Assembly (NCBI GenBank): GCA_965219095.1
Contig: CBDCMT010000001.1
Span: 2,333,095 to 2,397,094 of the forward strand
From: Bdellovibrionales bacterium
GTDB taxonomy: Bacteria > Bdellovibrionota > Bdellovibrionia > Bdellovibrionales > UBA1609
Length of the DNA stretch: 64,000 nucleotides
Reading direction: 5' to 3'
Below the pieces are notes generated by a model that saw nothing but the letters and a program-made list of their open reading frames with translations, was not told the DNA's origin and made no database searches. This document shows, piece by piece, positions 22,435 through 33,947 of the stretch; within the stretch, counting starts at the first letter, position 1; every line of letters starts with the position of its first letter. Made by a program: the position numbers and the translations under genes.

Positions 22435-23466
22435 TTACTTCACAAGCTCTGTTTCTAAACGTCTTGAATATTTACCCATAGAAAAACAAAAACCAAAATA
22501 AATAAGAGCTACAAACAAATACACTTCAACACTAAAACCTAACCACTCTGTATCTTGTAAAGACGTTTTAGCTGTCATCAAAAGATCGAACAAAGCAATG
22601 ATCAAGACCAAAGAGGTATCTTTGAAGGTGGAGATAGAAACATTCACAGTAGGAGGTATAACTTTTTTTAAAGCTTGAGGTAAAATCACCCATCTCATTA
22701 GTTGGTAATAATTAAGCCCTAAAGATTGAGCTCCTTCGTATTGACCCTTAGAAATTGCCGCCAATCCTCCTCTTACCACCTCAGCCATATAAGCTGATGT
22801 AAACATAGTCATAGCAATTAAAGCTCTTAAAAGTTTATCTATACTTATTTCTTCAGGAACAAAAAGAGGGAACATCACTGATGCCATAAACAAAATGGAG
22901 ATAAGGGGAACTGCTCTAATAAGCTCAATATAAACAATACAAAAAACCTTCAGTATAGGTAAAGAAGAACGACGACCTAAAGCTAGTAAAATCCCTAAGG
23001 GATAAGAACATGTTAAACTCACAAAAGCCATAATAAGCGTCAAAGGTAAGCCTCCCCAATTAGAAGTGGGAACACTTTTTAAACCCAGACCTCCTGCTAA
23101 GAGCCAATAGAAAATGATAAGACTAAAAACCCACAAAACAAAAGTCTTTTTTTCCCATCGCAAGGGTTCTCGAGAATAATAAACAAGACTTAAAAAACCC
23201 ACTATAGCTGAAATAGGTCTTAACAGCTGATCCTGAGGGTAAAAACCAAAAAGTATGAAGTTCATCTTTTCTATAAGAAAGGCAATACAAGCTCCCCCTT
23301 TTTTGCGACACATTTCAGCATCTCCATAAACAACACTATCTACAAATAACCAATTAAAAAAAGGTATAAAAAAATAAAAAAACATGCTGACTAAAAAAGC
23401 TGTAATAAATGTGTTGACCCAAGAGGAAAAAAGATTCTTTTTAAGCCAAGAAGGTATTTTTCTCAT
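22435..23466 (-). CDS. aapM: Amino acid ABC transporter permease
   Basis: WGGLPLTL, AYMAEVVRGGL, EAA-like loop. Confidence 0.88.
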   Translation of the reverse strand: MRKIPSWLKKNLFSSWVNTFITAFLVSMFFYFFIPFFNWLFVDSVVYGDAEMCRKKGGACIAFLIEKMNFILFGFYPQDQLLRPISAIVGFLSLVYYSREPLRWEKKTFVLWVFSLIIFYWLLAGGLGLKSVPTSNWGGLPLTLIMAFVSLTCSYPLGILLALGRRSSLPILKVFCIVYIELIRAVPLISILFMASVMFPLFVPEEISIDKLLRALIAMTMFTSAYMAEVVRGGLAAISKGQYEGAQSLGLNYYQLMRWVILPQALKKVIPPTVNVSISTFKDTSLVLIIALFDLLMTAKTSLQDTEWLGFSVEVYLFVALIYFGFCFSMGKYSRRLETELVK

Positions 23467-24611
23467 TTTTCCACCAGTTGTATCTTTCTGTTATACCAGC
23501 CCATAAAAGAAGCAGTTATTATGTTAAAAACAAAGTAAACTAACATAATTAACAAAATAAGCTCCACAGCCTGTCCTGTTTGATTCAAAGTTGTATTGGC
23601 CACATTTACAAAATCTGGATAAGCAATAGCAACAGCTAGAGAAGAGTTCTTTGTTAGGTTCAAAAACTGACTTGTAAGAGGAGGAACAATGACCCTTAAA
23701 CCCTGAGGTATGATAAGAAGCCTTAGAATATTCACTCGACTTAAACCCAAGGATCGCCCAGCCTCCCATTGTCCTTGATCCACAGCCTCTAAACCTGAGC
23801 GTACAATCTCTCCTGTAAAAGCTCCCGTATACAAAATCAGTCCTAAAAGCAAAGCACTTAACTCTGGAGATAAAGAGCTTCCTCCTTCAAAATTAAATCC
23901 TTCTAATTGAGGCAGACTCCAAGAAAAACTTTGACTTTGGCTTACAAAAAACCAAAAAAGCAAGACAAGAAGCACAAAAGCTCCTCCTAAGAGAGAATGA
24001 AGAGGAAATTTTTTAGACGTTCTCTCTTTATAACTAGTAGCCCATCGACGTAGAAAAAACCAAAGTACAAGAATTAAAAACAAAGCTATAAAACAAAAGT
24101 ACAAAACATCAGACCAAGGAAAAAAAAGTCCTCTGTTAGAAAGAAAGACAAAGGGTAAAACTTCATAAGCCTCTCTTACGCTAGGAAGCCCTTGATTGAA
24201 AAGGGAATACCAAAAAAAAAGTTGCAATAAAAGAGGAGTGTTTCTAAACAAATGTACATAAGAGCGACAAATGAATCTTAAAAGAAAGTTTTCAGAGAAA
24301 CTCAATATACCAAATAGAAACCCCAGAATGAGAGTAAAAATATTTCCTATAATAGCCACCTTTATAGTGTTTAAAATTCCTATACCAAGGGCTTTTAAAT
24401 ACGTATCATCACTGCTATAAGGTATGAAAGTTTCGCTAATTTCAAAACCTGCATTTTGAAACAAAAAACCAAAACCTGAAGCAATATTTTGCCTTTTAAG
24501 ATTCTCTTGTAATTGAGAAAATAAAGTAAAAAGCACAAAACCAACACAAAAGAGAAAAAGAGCTTGTAATAAAATGGAACGTTTTTTCTCTCCGTAAAGC
24601 CAGCTTTTCAT
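23463..24611 (-). CDS. aapQ: Amino acid ABC transporter permease
   Basis: RNTPLLLQL, GQWEAGRSLGL, LNLTKNSSLA. Confidence 0.88.
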   Translation of the reverse strand: MKSWLYGEKKRSILLQALFLFCVGFVLFTLFSQLQENLKRQNIASGFGFLFQNAGFEISETFIPYSSDDTYLKALGIGILNTIKVAIIGNIFTLILGFLFGILSFSENFLLRFICRSYVHLFRNTPLLLQLFFWYSLFNQGLPSVREAYEVLPFVFLSNRGLFFPWSDVLYFCFIALFLILVLWFFLRRWATSYKERTSKKFPLHSLLGGAFVLLVLLFWFFVSQSQSFSWSLPQLEGFNFEGGSSLSPELSALLLGLILYTGAFTGEIVRSGLEAVDQGQWEAGRSLGLSRVNILRLLIIPQGLRVIVPPLTSQFLNLTKNSSLAVAIAYPDFVNVANTTLNQTGQAVELILLIMLVYFVFNIITASFMGWYNRKIQLVEK

Positions 24612-24629
24612 TATTGCAAACGAAAGAGA

Positions 24630-25640
24630 TTAACGAACAGGGGGGGAATAATGAAGCCCTCCTTTTGTCCATAGATTGTTAAGACCTCTTTTGATATTTA
24701 GCTTTGTTTTTGAACCTAAATTTCTTTCAAAAATCTCGCCATAATTACCTACGTGCTTTACTACATGATAAGCCCAACGTTCATTTAAACCTAAAGCTTT
24801 TCCATTTCCTTTAATAACACCTAAAAACCTTTTCACATCAGGGTTTCGACTTCTTTTCATAGAAGATACATTTTTAGATGTAATTCCCATTTCCTCTGCA
24901 GCTATAAGAGCAAAAACGGTCCACTTTACAACATCAAACCACTGATCATCTCCATGACGAACAACAGGTGCCAAAGGCTCTTTTGAAATGATCTTTTTTA
25001 AAATAACATATTGTTTAGGATTCTGCAGTTTAGTTCGATCTCCTGCTAAACTAGAAGCATCAGCTGTTACCACATCACAACGTTTTTTCACAAAAGCATG
25101 AACCATCTCATCTCTCGATTCAAAAACAAGAGGTTTAAATTTCATTTTATGACTTTTAAAATAATCAGCTAAGCCTAATTCTGTTGTTGTTCCTTGAGAA
25201 ACACAAATAGTAGCACCATTTAGTTTTTTTAAAGTTTTAATTTTTGCAGACTTTCTCAACATAAAACCCTGGCCGTCGTAATAAGTTACAGGAGCAAAGT
25301 TAAGTCCTTGAGCTGTATCTCTTTGCAGATTCCAAGTCGTGTTTCTTGAAAGTACATCAACCTCCCCCGATTGCAAAGCTGTAAACCTTTGCTGTGTCGT
25401 TAAGGGAATGAATTTTAATTGATTAGGTTTTCCAAAAACAGCAGCAGAAACAGCACGACATATATCCACATCCAAACCTTTCCACTTTCCTTTACTGTCA
25501 GAACTGGAAAAACCCGGTAACCCCGTATTTACCCCGCAAGCAATATAACCTCTTTTTTTCACTGTACCTAAAGTATTTCCGTAGGATACAGAAAAACTTA
25601 GAAAACATAAGATGATGATTAAAAATTTGATAGTTTTCAT
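24630..25640 (-). CDS. aapJ: General L-amino acid ABC transporter substrate-binding protein
   Basis: RFTALQSGEVDVLSRNTTW, GNYGEIFERNLG. Confidence 0.92.
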   Translation of the reverse strand: MKTIKFLIIILCFLSFSVSYGNTLGTVKKRGYIACGVNTGLPGFSSSDSKGKWKGLDVDICRAVSAAVFGKPNQLKFIPLTTQQRFTALQSGEVDVLSRNTTWNLQRDTAQGLNFAPVTYYDGQGFMLRKSAKIKTLKKLNGATICVSQGTTTELGLADYFKSHKMKFKPLVFESRDEMVHAFVKKRCDVVTADASSLAGDRTKLQNPKQYVILKKIISKEPLAPVVRHGDDQWFDVVKWTVFALIAAEEMGITSKNVSSMKRSRNPDVKRFLGVIKGNGKALGLNERWAYHVVKHVGNYGEIFERNLGSKTKLNIKRGLNNLWTKGGLHYSPPVR

Positions 25641-25772
25641 ACTTTTAACTCCTTTCAGATAAACATAATAGCATTATTGTTATGCATATTTCAAATAGAA
25701 AAAACGTCTTAAAAAAAATTATGCAGTGTGGTATCTCATGAAACTTCAAGCTACAAAAGCTAGACTAAAGAT

Positions 25773-26072
25773 ATGGCACTGTTTTTAAGTTCCTTATGTA
25801 TAATCGTATGTATTTGCATAACCTTTATTTTCCCCCTTATCCTTAGAGACTTCTTTTCGAATCAAACAACTTTATCCACTACATCTACATTTATAAGGTT
25901 TACATTCATAAGCCTTCTTTCTCTTCATAGTTTATTAATGTTCTTAGATTACCTTAAAAGGCCCCACTCAACATCTAAGCTTTGGCTTTTTATTATCTTT
26001 ATTCCTTTTACTTCACTTTACTATTTCTTCTTCACCTATATACCCAGTGAAATCAGAAAAATAAAAAGATAA
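25773..26072 (+). CDS. Hypothetical membrane protein
   Basis: 99-aa ORF with three hydrophobic segments. Confidence 0.55.
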   Translation: MALFLSSLCIIVCICITFIFPLILRDFFSNQTTLSTTSTFIRFTFISLLSLHSLLMFLDYLKRPHSTSKLWLFIIFIPFTSLYYFFFTYIPSEIRKIKR

Positions 26073-26093
26073 ACTATTGATAGTGTTGATATC

Positions 26094-26184
26094 TACACTG
26101 ATTGCACTTCAAAATCCACACATTAATTTTTTAGGAAGAATCATACACATGGAAGTTGTAGGTCAAGAGGCTGCTTAATTCTTT
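26094..26184 (-). mobile_element. IS630 element B right-end remnant
   Basis: Reverse-complement match to about 48972-49063. Confidence 0.85.
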
Positions 26185-27718
26185 GTAACTGCTCACTCTC
26201 GTAAGTTTTTATTTAAAGCCATAGAGATGGCTTCTAAAGAAGAATACCCTCTATTTCTCATTGTTTTAACATAGCTGGTAATGCGACAAAAATATTTCGC
26301 CATTTCTTCTGTTCTGAAACACCCTGACACTTTCTTTTTCACTTTAGTCATTCTTAGATCTCTTTCAGCTCTGTTATTAGTAGGATCTACGTTCTTTCTT
26401 TTAGAAAAACACAGTATTTCTGCTTCATACTTTTTAAATCGCAGCCAAAGGTTTTGAGCTTGTGTATGCTTTATTCGTCCTTTCTTGCCATTTTTTTTAG
26501 GAAATTCTGGAAGCTCTTTTAAGCCTTTTGTAAGAATACTCCTATACCTTCTCTGAAGAGTTTCGTACTCTTTTTGAGTCAGAACTCTTGACTCTTTTTT
26601 ATGAACTAACTCCACAGTCTCTTTAAGAAGTTTTTTGAGATTTATAGCCCATTTGAATCCATTGCTTTCTTCTATAAATTTAAGCTCTCTCAAAAGGTGA
26701 GCCACACACAAAGCATGAGTTATCTTATCATAACAAAAGTAAGGACTCCAACAATCATGCACAAGCACTCCTCCATATCTATCCAAGAGACCAATATCTT
26801 TTATGGCTTCCCTTCCACCTGAAAGGTGGAGAAACTGCAAGACTAATTCTCCTGAACTATAAGTATGAATCCAGTAGTTTTTACCCTTAACCCTCATAGA
26901 GGTCTCATCAACATGAATGACCTCTGATTCAAGTATCTTTTCTTTCATCTGCTCTTCCCAACTTTTAAGAAACTCTCCTAATTCAGCAATGTATCTCAAC
27001 ATAACTGCAGGAGAAATCATTCGACCTATAAGCCCCATGTAATGTTCCCCAACACGCTCTAAAAGACAGCATCTGAACTATAATGAAATTGATGATGGAA
27101 GCTCTAATGCCTATACCATACTGAAGAGGACCACTCATACCTTTAGGGAATTGACCTTTATTTCTAGCTCCACATGAGGGACAATCCTTAACTTCAGAAG
27201 TTACAGTATGGGTCTGAATTTCATAAAAAATATCAATCTTTTTACGCTTCTCAAGGCTTTTTACCTCTGCTGTCTTTAAACACATCCCACACTGAGAACA
27301 CTCTGAGGGAGAGACAGTCTCCTCACTGTTTTGTATCTTTACTGTTATCAAGTCTAGAGCCCTTTTTCTGACTCCCACTAGCTTTCTTATTACGATTCCC
27401 TTGACGACTAAAATCTTGCGAAGGAGGAAGACCGCTGTTGCTGGAATTTTTTCGAACCTGTTTTTCTAAAAACACAACAATCAGAATGTTCACAACCTTA
27501 AAGAGAGATTCAACAATCACAGAAATCTCAGTAGGCACAGAACCTTTCTTTGCAAACTTATCAAAGTCACTTCTTATATTTTCAATCTCATTTCTGATGG
27601 AGGTCTTATTTATTGTCATTTGAAAAAAGTATTTAAAAGAAAATCTGTAAGAACAAGACTTTTATCTTAAAACAGGTCTAAAGTTAGGGATAACTGAACA
27701 ATGTAGGTGAGCAGTTAC
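26185..27718 (-). mobile_element. IS66-family element A (single-ORF type), transposase frameshifted twice
   Basis: GTAACTGCTCAC IRs; NSSNSGLPPS, zinc finger, HVDET, NNRAERDLR motifs across three ORFs. Confidence 0.93.
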
Positions 27719-28417
27719 AAAGGATTTACCATACTGGAACTTTTAGTTACAGTGGCTGTAGTAGGTGTTTTAGCCAGCATAGCACACTCAGCTTATGACA
27801 ACTACAAAAGAAGAGCTATTGCTTCTAACGGAAAAGTCTTAGTATCTGGTCTTTTTAAAATGTATAAAACTTTGCTTTATGAAAGAAATGTTGGAACATT
27901 AGTACAAAAATACGGAAACCAGCTTTATTTTCCGGCTCAATTTAAACTTGATAGTTTTACGGAGGATTTTTATGATTTAGCATGTCCAAATGATGGATCT
28001 GTATCTTATTTTACAACTTTTTTATCGATTTATGCTGGTACAGGAGGTATTGCTATACAATTAAGCAGTCTCCCAAAGTCGCAAATCTCATTGGAAATAA
28101 AACATAGGTGGTGTAATCATAAATACAAAGCTAACAGAGGAGCTACAGATATTACATCTTGGTCAAGCTTCCCATTAAGCCCTTATCCTGGGAGTGCAAA
28201 TCCTCATATGATTAATCCTAACCGTTTGGAGTTTCATTCGTACTGTAAAAACACAGTAGGAAAAACGTTGTACAGTCCTAATGCAATTTTTTGCTTCGAT
28301 GGAGTTGGTGTCCGCATGTGGGGTGATAAAACCATAAGAGTATGCCCTAAAATGAATCCAATGAGTCCAAATCCCGGAATTTGGACTCCCGATACTTGTG
28401 GCGGGCCTGTTCAATAA
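27707..28417 (+). CDS. Type IV pilin-like protein with IS-derived N-terminus
   Basis: KG|FTILELLVTVAVVGVLASIA prepilin motif; Cys-rich C-terminal domain. Confidence 0.85.
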   Translation: MSSYKGFTILELLVTVAVVGVLASIAHSAYDNYKRRAIASNGKVLVSGLFKMYKTLLYERNVGTLVQKYGNQLYFPAQFKLDSFTEDFYDLACPNDGSVSYFTTFLSIYAGTGGIAIQLSSLPKSQISLEIKHRWCNHKYKANRGATDITSWSSFPLSPYPGSANPHMINPNRLEFHSYCKNTVGKTLYSPNAIFCFDGVGVRMWGDKTIRVCPKMNPMSPNPGIWTPDTCGGPVQ

Positions 28418-28439
28418 ATTTAAGAAACCCTCTGAACTG

Positions 28440-28680
28440 TGTGGTAGTATGAGTCGAAATAGTGAACTTTTTTTAAAAGGTCTCATCCTTATTTCCTGAT
28501 TTTTTTCAAATTCTAAAGGGGTTTTTCTAAATAGAATGAAGGTGTTGAGTATTGTAATAAAAGCTTCAATCCACTCAAAAATTTCTATTTCAACTTGCTT
28601 GAAAGAGGTCTACTTCTTAAATCCCAGTTCTCGTTTCAGTTGAGAAAATAAAAAGCTTTCACTATAGGTATTATCTTCGT
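28440..28680 (-). pseudogene. IS3-family integrase C-terminal remnant
   Basis: Manual translation DNTYSESF...QLKREL...IFEWIEAF... Confidence 0.6.
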
Positions 28681-28696
28681 TACACAATTTAATTTA

Positions 28697-30384
28697 CCCA
28701 AATTCCACGCTAAAAATGATCACTACTGGTTTTCATTTCTCTGAGAAGTTTTTTGTCAATAGCCTTTATGATATTTTCTTGAATTTTGCTTAGAGCAACT
28801 GTTCGAGACATTTGAATTTTTTTCTTTTTATCAGAAAAATAAACTTTGTACAGGTTCTCTAGCTCTTTTAATGCTTGAATTAGCGAAATATCCAAATTGT
28901 AGAGATGTAACTTTAATACGGAAAGCAGAAGATAAGATAAATAACAAATAAAAACATGAGCCACTACTCTGTTGCAAAGCCAGTGTCGCACAGGATTTAA
29001 ATTTGTAACTCCTTTTAAAATTCTGAAAGCTCTTTCTACGACATCTTTATCAAAATAAAGTTTGACCATATCTTTACCAGAAATATTCTTTGTAGAAAAT
29101 ATACAGGAGTACCCATCAAATTCTTCTGCTTTTTTCAGCTCCTGATCCCTGATCTTTCCTGTGGGAGTTAGATATTTTTTCAGCCCCTCCTTAATGGACT
29201 TGTTTTGAGATAGACAGTTTTGAGCAGCAACTATCTCATCATATCTCGCCTCTCGAATTGCATCCTTTCTTTTATGGTTGTAGCAGATTGCCAGTTTTCC
29301 TTTAACTTGGCCAAATGTATAATTCATGCTTTTAACGTAAAAAGTATTCTTGTTCAAAATTACCCTATTTGAAACGTTTACTATAGAACCGGACTTTAAA
29401 AAATTTCGTACTGTCTTCTTCTCAACCTCTCTCATAGGAATTCCGCACAATGTATTCCAACCCAATTCCCCTGTAAGAAAGGTTTTTAGACGATGCTATA
29501 CCTCGATCATACACCAATAGGCCAGAACGAAGATTGTATTCTGAAAAACTATTAACAAGTGCCGTCAATGTCCTGCTATCGTGAATGTTACCCTTAAAGG
29601 TCTTGTGAAAAACAGGAATCCCTTCTTCTTGAGTTACAGCAAGACCTATCTGAATCAGAGGACTCTTCCTTTTCCCATCTTTGCTGTACCCTGGGTTACC
29701 TAGTTGACATTTACTTCCATAAAAATAAGTGTTAGTAACATCAGACAATTTTATTAGATGATAACTTGTATTCTTTTTTAACATTTTCAAAAATACGTTT
29801 CTGCAAAGATGGAGCCTTGGATTCGTTAAGCTGATCGAGAGCTGAAAAAAGCCTTCTTTCAGTCAGCCCATCTAAGTTTAAAATGCTGTTTAAATCTGTT
29901 CGTTCATACCATGATGGCATATTATTGACGCTTCTGTAATCCAAGCAATGAGCATAGACCATACTTAGTATTTCATCTGAATAATTGCCAAGAACTTCGG
30001 GAAGACCAACTTTTTTTGCAAGGGCATGAAGAACAATCAAGGGACCACTGATCTTAACTTTATCGAATTGAATGTTCTCGGAAGATATAGAGATAACACG
30101 CTTATGATTCACCTCCTTTCCAAGATATCTCAAGTACTTCTGTACGACCTTGCCCTTGACCCGGACATTTTTCACCTCTGCTAAATAAGTGCTGCCTCCT
30201 CTTTTAATCTTCTTTATAAAACTCATAGTAGTTACCATTATGGTAACTACTTAAAAATAGAAGGGCAAGAGCTTTTCACAGAAAAAAAAGGCAATAACCC
30301 CATTTTTACTGGAAAACTTCCATCTTATGGAACTTATCTTACTGTTAGAGCAATGTAGTGATCATTTTTAGCGTGGAATTTGGG
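28697..30384 (-). mobile_element. IS1634-like element A, full length, transposase in three ORFs
   Basis: IRs as at 5953; TAATTTA duplication; DVT...GYSKDGK, DRG, VERAFR motifs. Confidence 0.92.
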
Positions 30385-30438
30385 TAATTTACAGACTTAC
30401 TTTTCTTGCTTGACTTACTGGTCATCCATATGAGTATA

Positions 30439-32964
30439 TTAACAGTCACTTAAAACAACATGCATATCATTGGCAGAAACTTTTACTTTTTTAAGTTTTT
30501 TTATATCCTCTGAAATGATCTTCTGACTTAAAGGGTTTAAAATTTCTAATTGTAAAGCTCTCTTTAAAGGCCTTGCTCCGTAAACAGGATCATAACCTCT
30601 TTTAGCAATAAACTCTACAACCTTTTTATCAAATTCTAATTCAATATTTTTCTCTAGAACTCTTCTTTTTATATCTTCAAATTGAAGCCTTACAATGGTT
30701 TCAATGGATTCTTTTCCTAAAGAATCAAAGACAATAATTTCATCAACACGGTTTAAGAATTCAGGACGAAAATGATTCTTTAACTCCCCTTTAGGAAGAT
30801 TAGAGGTCATCACAATAACACTGTTTTTAAAGTTTACCTTACGTCCTTGGCTATCGGTAAGATGTCCTTCATCTAAGATTTGTAACAAAGTGTGAAAAAT
30901 ATCAGGGTGAGCTTTTTCAATTTCGTCAAAAAGAATAACAGAATAAGGCTTTCTTCTCACAGGCTCTGTTAATTGCCCTCCCTGTTCATAACCTACGTAG
31001 CCGGGAGGTGCTCCTAAAAGTCTTGCCACAGAATGTTTTTCCATATATTCGCTCATATCAATACGAATGATCTCATCCTCATCATCAAACAAAAACTCTG
31101 AAAGAGCTTTTACAGTCTCTGTTTTTCCCACTCCTGTAACTCCTAAAAACATAAAACTTCCAATAGGTCTTTTCGGATCAGAGATCTCAGCTCTTGCTCT
31201 TCTTATGGCATGAGAAATAAGAGACAAGGCTTTACCCTGGCCTATCACTCTTTTAGATAAGCTCTCCTCCATATTCATAAGCTTTTTTTTCTCTGAATCG
31301 AGCATTTTTTGAACAGGGACCCCTGTCCACTGGCTTACGACTTGAGCAATTTCCTCAACCCCTACCTCCTCTTTAAGAAGTTCATAGTTTTTATTTTTCT
31401 TAAGGTTCTCTTGAGTAAGTCCCTTTAATTCTTTTTCTAGCTTAGGGAGAACTCCATATTTTAATTCTGCTGCTTTAGAGAGATCACTTTTCCTCTCTGC
31501 TTGTTCAATATCAATTTTTACTTTTTCAATATCCTGTTTTAAAGCTTTAAGCTTTGAAATCTTAGACTTCTCTTTTTCCCAAAGAGCTGAAAACCTCTTT
31601 TGTTCTTTAAGTTTACTTTCTAACTCCTTATTTACTTCTTTTAGCCTTTCTTCATACTGGGAGTCCTTTTCTTTTTTTAAAGCTTCTTTTTCAATCTGAA
31701 GATGACGAATTTTCCTTCTTAAAGAATCAAGGCTTGCAGGTACACTGTTGATTTCAATATTCAAACGGCTTGCAGCTTCATCTACAAGGTCAATAGCCTT
31801 ATCAGGAAGAAATCTATTCGAAATATAACGATCAGATAATTTCACAGCCTGTATTAAAGCACTATCTTTAATGCTCACACCATGATAAAGTTCGTACTTT
31901 TCTTTTAAACCTCGTAAAATGGTGATAGCATCTTCTAGACTGGGTTCTTTTACTAAAACAGTCTGAAACCTTCTTTCTAAAGCTTTGTCTTTTTCAATAT
32001 ACTGTCTATACTCATCTAAAGTAGTCGCCCCAACGGCTCTTAACTCCCCTCTTGCTAAAGCAGGTTTTAAAATCTGACCTGCATCCATAGCCCCCTCTGT
32101 TTTCCCTGCACCTATAAGAGTGTGAAGCTCATCAATAAATAAAATAATCTCTCCTTGAGAGTCAGTGACCTCTTTCACCACAGCCTTAAGCCGATCCTCA
32201 AATTCACCTCGGTATTTTGCTCCAGCAACAAGACTTGCTAGATCCAAAACTAAAACTCTTTTGTTAAACAAAACATGGGGAACGTCTTTGTTGCAAATTC
32301 TTACTGCTAAACCCTCAGCAATAGCTGTTTTCCCTACACCAGCTTCTCCTACTAAAACAGGATTATTCTTAGTGCGACGGGATAGAATCTGAATTACACG
32401 TCTAATCTCACTATCTCTTCCTATAACAGGATCCAATTTAGACTGACTGGCCAATTGAGTAAGATCACGAGTATATTTTTCTAAAACTTGGCACTTGTTT
32501 TCAGGATGAATGTCGGTCACTTTTTTATCTCCTTTTATTTTTTGGATTTGAAGTTGAAAGTTTTCTTTTGTGATATCATAATTTTGATAAATCTCTTTAA
32601 AGTCATCAAAAGAAGAGAGGAAAAAGTGTTCTGTAGAAATGAACTGATCCCCTGAATTTCGAGCTAAACTTTCAGAGCTTTTCAAAGCTTCTCCTAAACT
32701 TAAACCTAGATCTGTTTGATAAACTTGCTTTTTTTGAACCTGAGGTAAAATTTCTATCTTTTTTTTAAACTCTCTTTTTATAAGGTTTAAGTCCTGTAGT
32801 CCACAAGCCTTAAAAGCTTGAGAGGGAATGCTATCACTGTCTTTTAAAATTTCAAACAAAAGATGAACAAGTTCTACTGAAAGATTCTTATGAGACTGGG
32901 CTAAAAATAAAGCCTCCTCAAAAGCTTCTCGACTTTTTTCAGTTAATTTTTGTAAAGCTTTCAT
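30439..32964 (-). CDS. clpB: Chaperone ClpB
   Basis: Two AAA+ modules ([16 protein letters not shown]), coiled-coil M domain, GYVGY. Confidence 0.96.
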   Translation of the reverse strand: MKALQKLTEKSREAFEEALFLAQSHKNLSVELVHLLFEILKDSDSIPSQAFKACGLQDLNLIKREFKKKIEILPQVQKKQVYQTDLGLSLGEALKSSESLARNSGDQFISTEHFFLSSFDDFKEIYQNYDITKENFQLQIQKIKGDKKVTDIHPENKCQVLEKYTRDLTQLASQSKLDPVIGRDSEIRRVIQILSRRTKNNPVLVGEAGVGKTAIAEGLAVRICNKDVPHVLFNKRVLVLDLASLVAGAKYRGEFEDRLKAVVKEVTDSQGEIILFIDELHTLIGAGKTEGAMDAGQILKPALARGELRAVGATTLDEYRQYIEKDKALERRFQTVLVKEPSLEDAITILRGLKEKYELYHGVSIKDSALIQAVKLSDRYISNRFLPDKAIDLVDEAASRLNIEINSVPASLDSLRRKIRHLQIEKEALKKEKDSQYEERLKEVNKELESKLKEQKRFSALWEKEKSKISKLKALKQDIEKVKIDIEQAERKSDLSKAAELKYGVLPKLEKELKGLTQENLKKNKNYELLKEEVGVEEIAQVVSQWTGVPVQKMLDSEKKKLMNMEESLSKRVIGQGKALSLISHAIRRARAEISDPKRPIGSFMFLGVTGVGKTETVKALSEFLFDDEDEIIRIDMSEYMEKHSVARLLGAPPGYVGYEQGGQLTEPVRRKPYSVILFDEIEKAHPDIFHTLLQILDEGHLTDSQGRKVNFKNSVIVMTSNLPKGELKNHFRPEFLNRVDEIIVFDSLGKESIETIVRLQFEDIKRRVLEKNIELEFDKKVVEFIAKRGYDPVYGARPLKRALQLEILNPLSQKIISEDIKKLKKVKVSANDMHVVLSDC

Positions 32965-33020
32965 CTCAAACCTCCTTATGTTAACCTTGTGTCGTATTTT
33001 TAATTTGTCAATAAAAGCCT

Positions 33021-33245
33021 ATGAATAAGAAGTTAAACAAAGGAATAATTTACGATCCCGTTTCTCCTGGCGATTTTCTAAAACTCAACTTCACTTACTG
33101 CTGTGAACAATGCAGTTACTTTGATTGGTCTGAACAAAAGTGCTCTTTAGGACATGTTCATGAACTTCACCTCAGAAGAAATCAAATCAAATCTTATGTC
33201 GAGTGGGGACATATGGCTTTTTGCAGAAGCCATGAGATTGATTAG
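33021..33245 (+). CDS. Small Cys/His-rich hypothetical protein
   Basis: CCEQC...C...H...C pattern. Confidence 0.65.
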   Translation: MNKKLNKGIIYDPVSPGDFLKLNFTYCCEQCSYFDWSEQKCSLGHVHELHLRRNQIKSYVEWGHMAFCRSHEID

Positions 33246-33332
33246 GCATGTCATAAAGAAAAAATTCTTTTCATAATTTTTTTTTTAGGCATAATAAATT
33301 AAGACAGTAAGAAATATTAAGGAGTTAAGTAT

Positions 33333-33890
33333 ATGACCAAGAAAAGAAAAAAAACCACAAAAAAATCAGTAAAAAAAGCAAAAAAAACATCAAAAAAATT
33401 GAAGAAAAAACTCTCAAAAAAAAGAAGACAAACTGCAAAAAAACGTGTCCTCAAACGAAAGAGAAAAGTTTCTAAAAAGAAGTCTCTAACAAAGAAAAAA
33501 AGAAAAACTCAAAGTAAAGTCAGTAAAAAAAAGCATCTAAAAAAGAAGAAAAGAAAAAGTACAAAAAAATCACATTCAAGCTCTAAAAAGAGGAAGGCGA
33601 AAAAAAAGACTCTTTCTAAAAAACCAAAATCATTGTTGAAAAAAGGCACTCAATTTACATCTCAGAAAGAGTTGTCAGAAAAAGAGATTCAAAAAGAAAA
33701 GTCCATAAAAGATATTTATCTCAATTCCAACGTAAATAAAGGAAGTTTAGATAATGTTTTAAATGATCAAAGTGATCCCCTAGAAGAGGGTTCATTAGGT
33801 GACAATTTTGATCCGGAAGCTCAAAACGATGAGTCTTTATACCAAGACGATGATTATGATGAAGAGGACGACGAAGAAAATTATTTCTAA
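33333..33890 (+). CDS. Lysine-rich histone H1-like protein with acidic tail
   Basis: About 100 aa K/R-rich N-terminus, D/E-rich C-terminus; AAGGAG RBS. Confidence 0.75.
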   Translation: MTKKRKKTTKKSVKKAKKTSKKLKKKLSKKRRQTAKKRVLKRKRKVSKKKSLTKKKRKTQSKVSKKKHLKKKKRKSTKKSHSSSKKRKAKKKTLSKKPKSLLKKGTQFTSQKELSEKEIQKEKSIKDIYLNSNVNKGSLDNVLNDQSDPLEEGSLGDNFDPEAQNDESLYQDDDYDEEDDEENYF

Positions 33891-33947
33891 ACTTTTTTAC
33901 ATGAGAATAATACTTCATTCTCATCTAAAAAAGTTTGCTCTATCTTT

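Noticed and set aside
26983..27378. Programmed frameshifting in IS66-A
   Set aside because: Both breaks are single extra bases in short homopolymers, and the copy at 56652-57128 lacks the first
32965..33020. CIRCE operator upstream of clpB
   Set aside because: No TTAGCACTC-N9-GAGTGCTAA; only TTGACA and an RBS are visible
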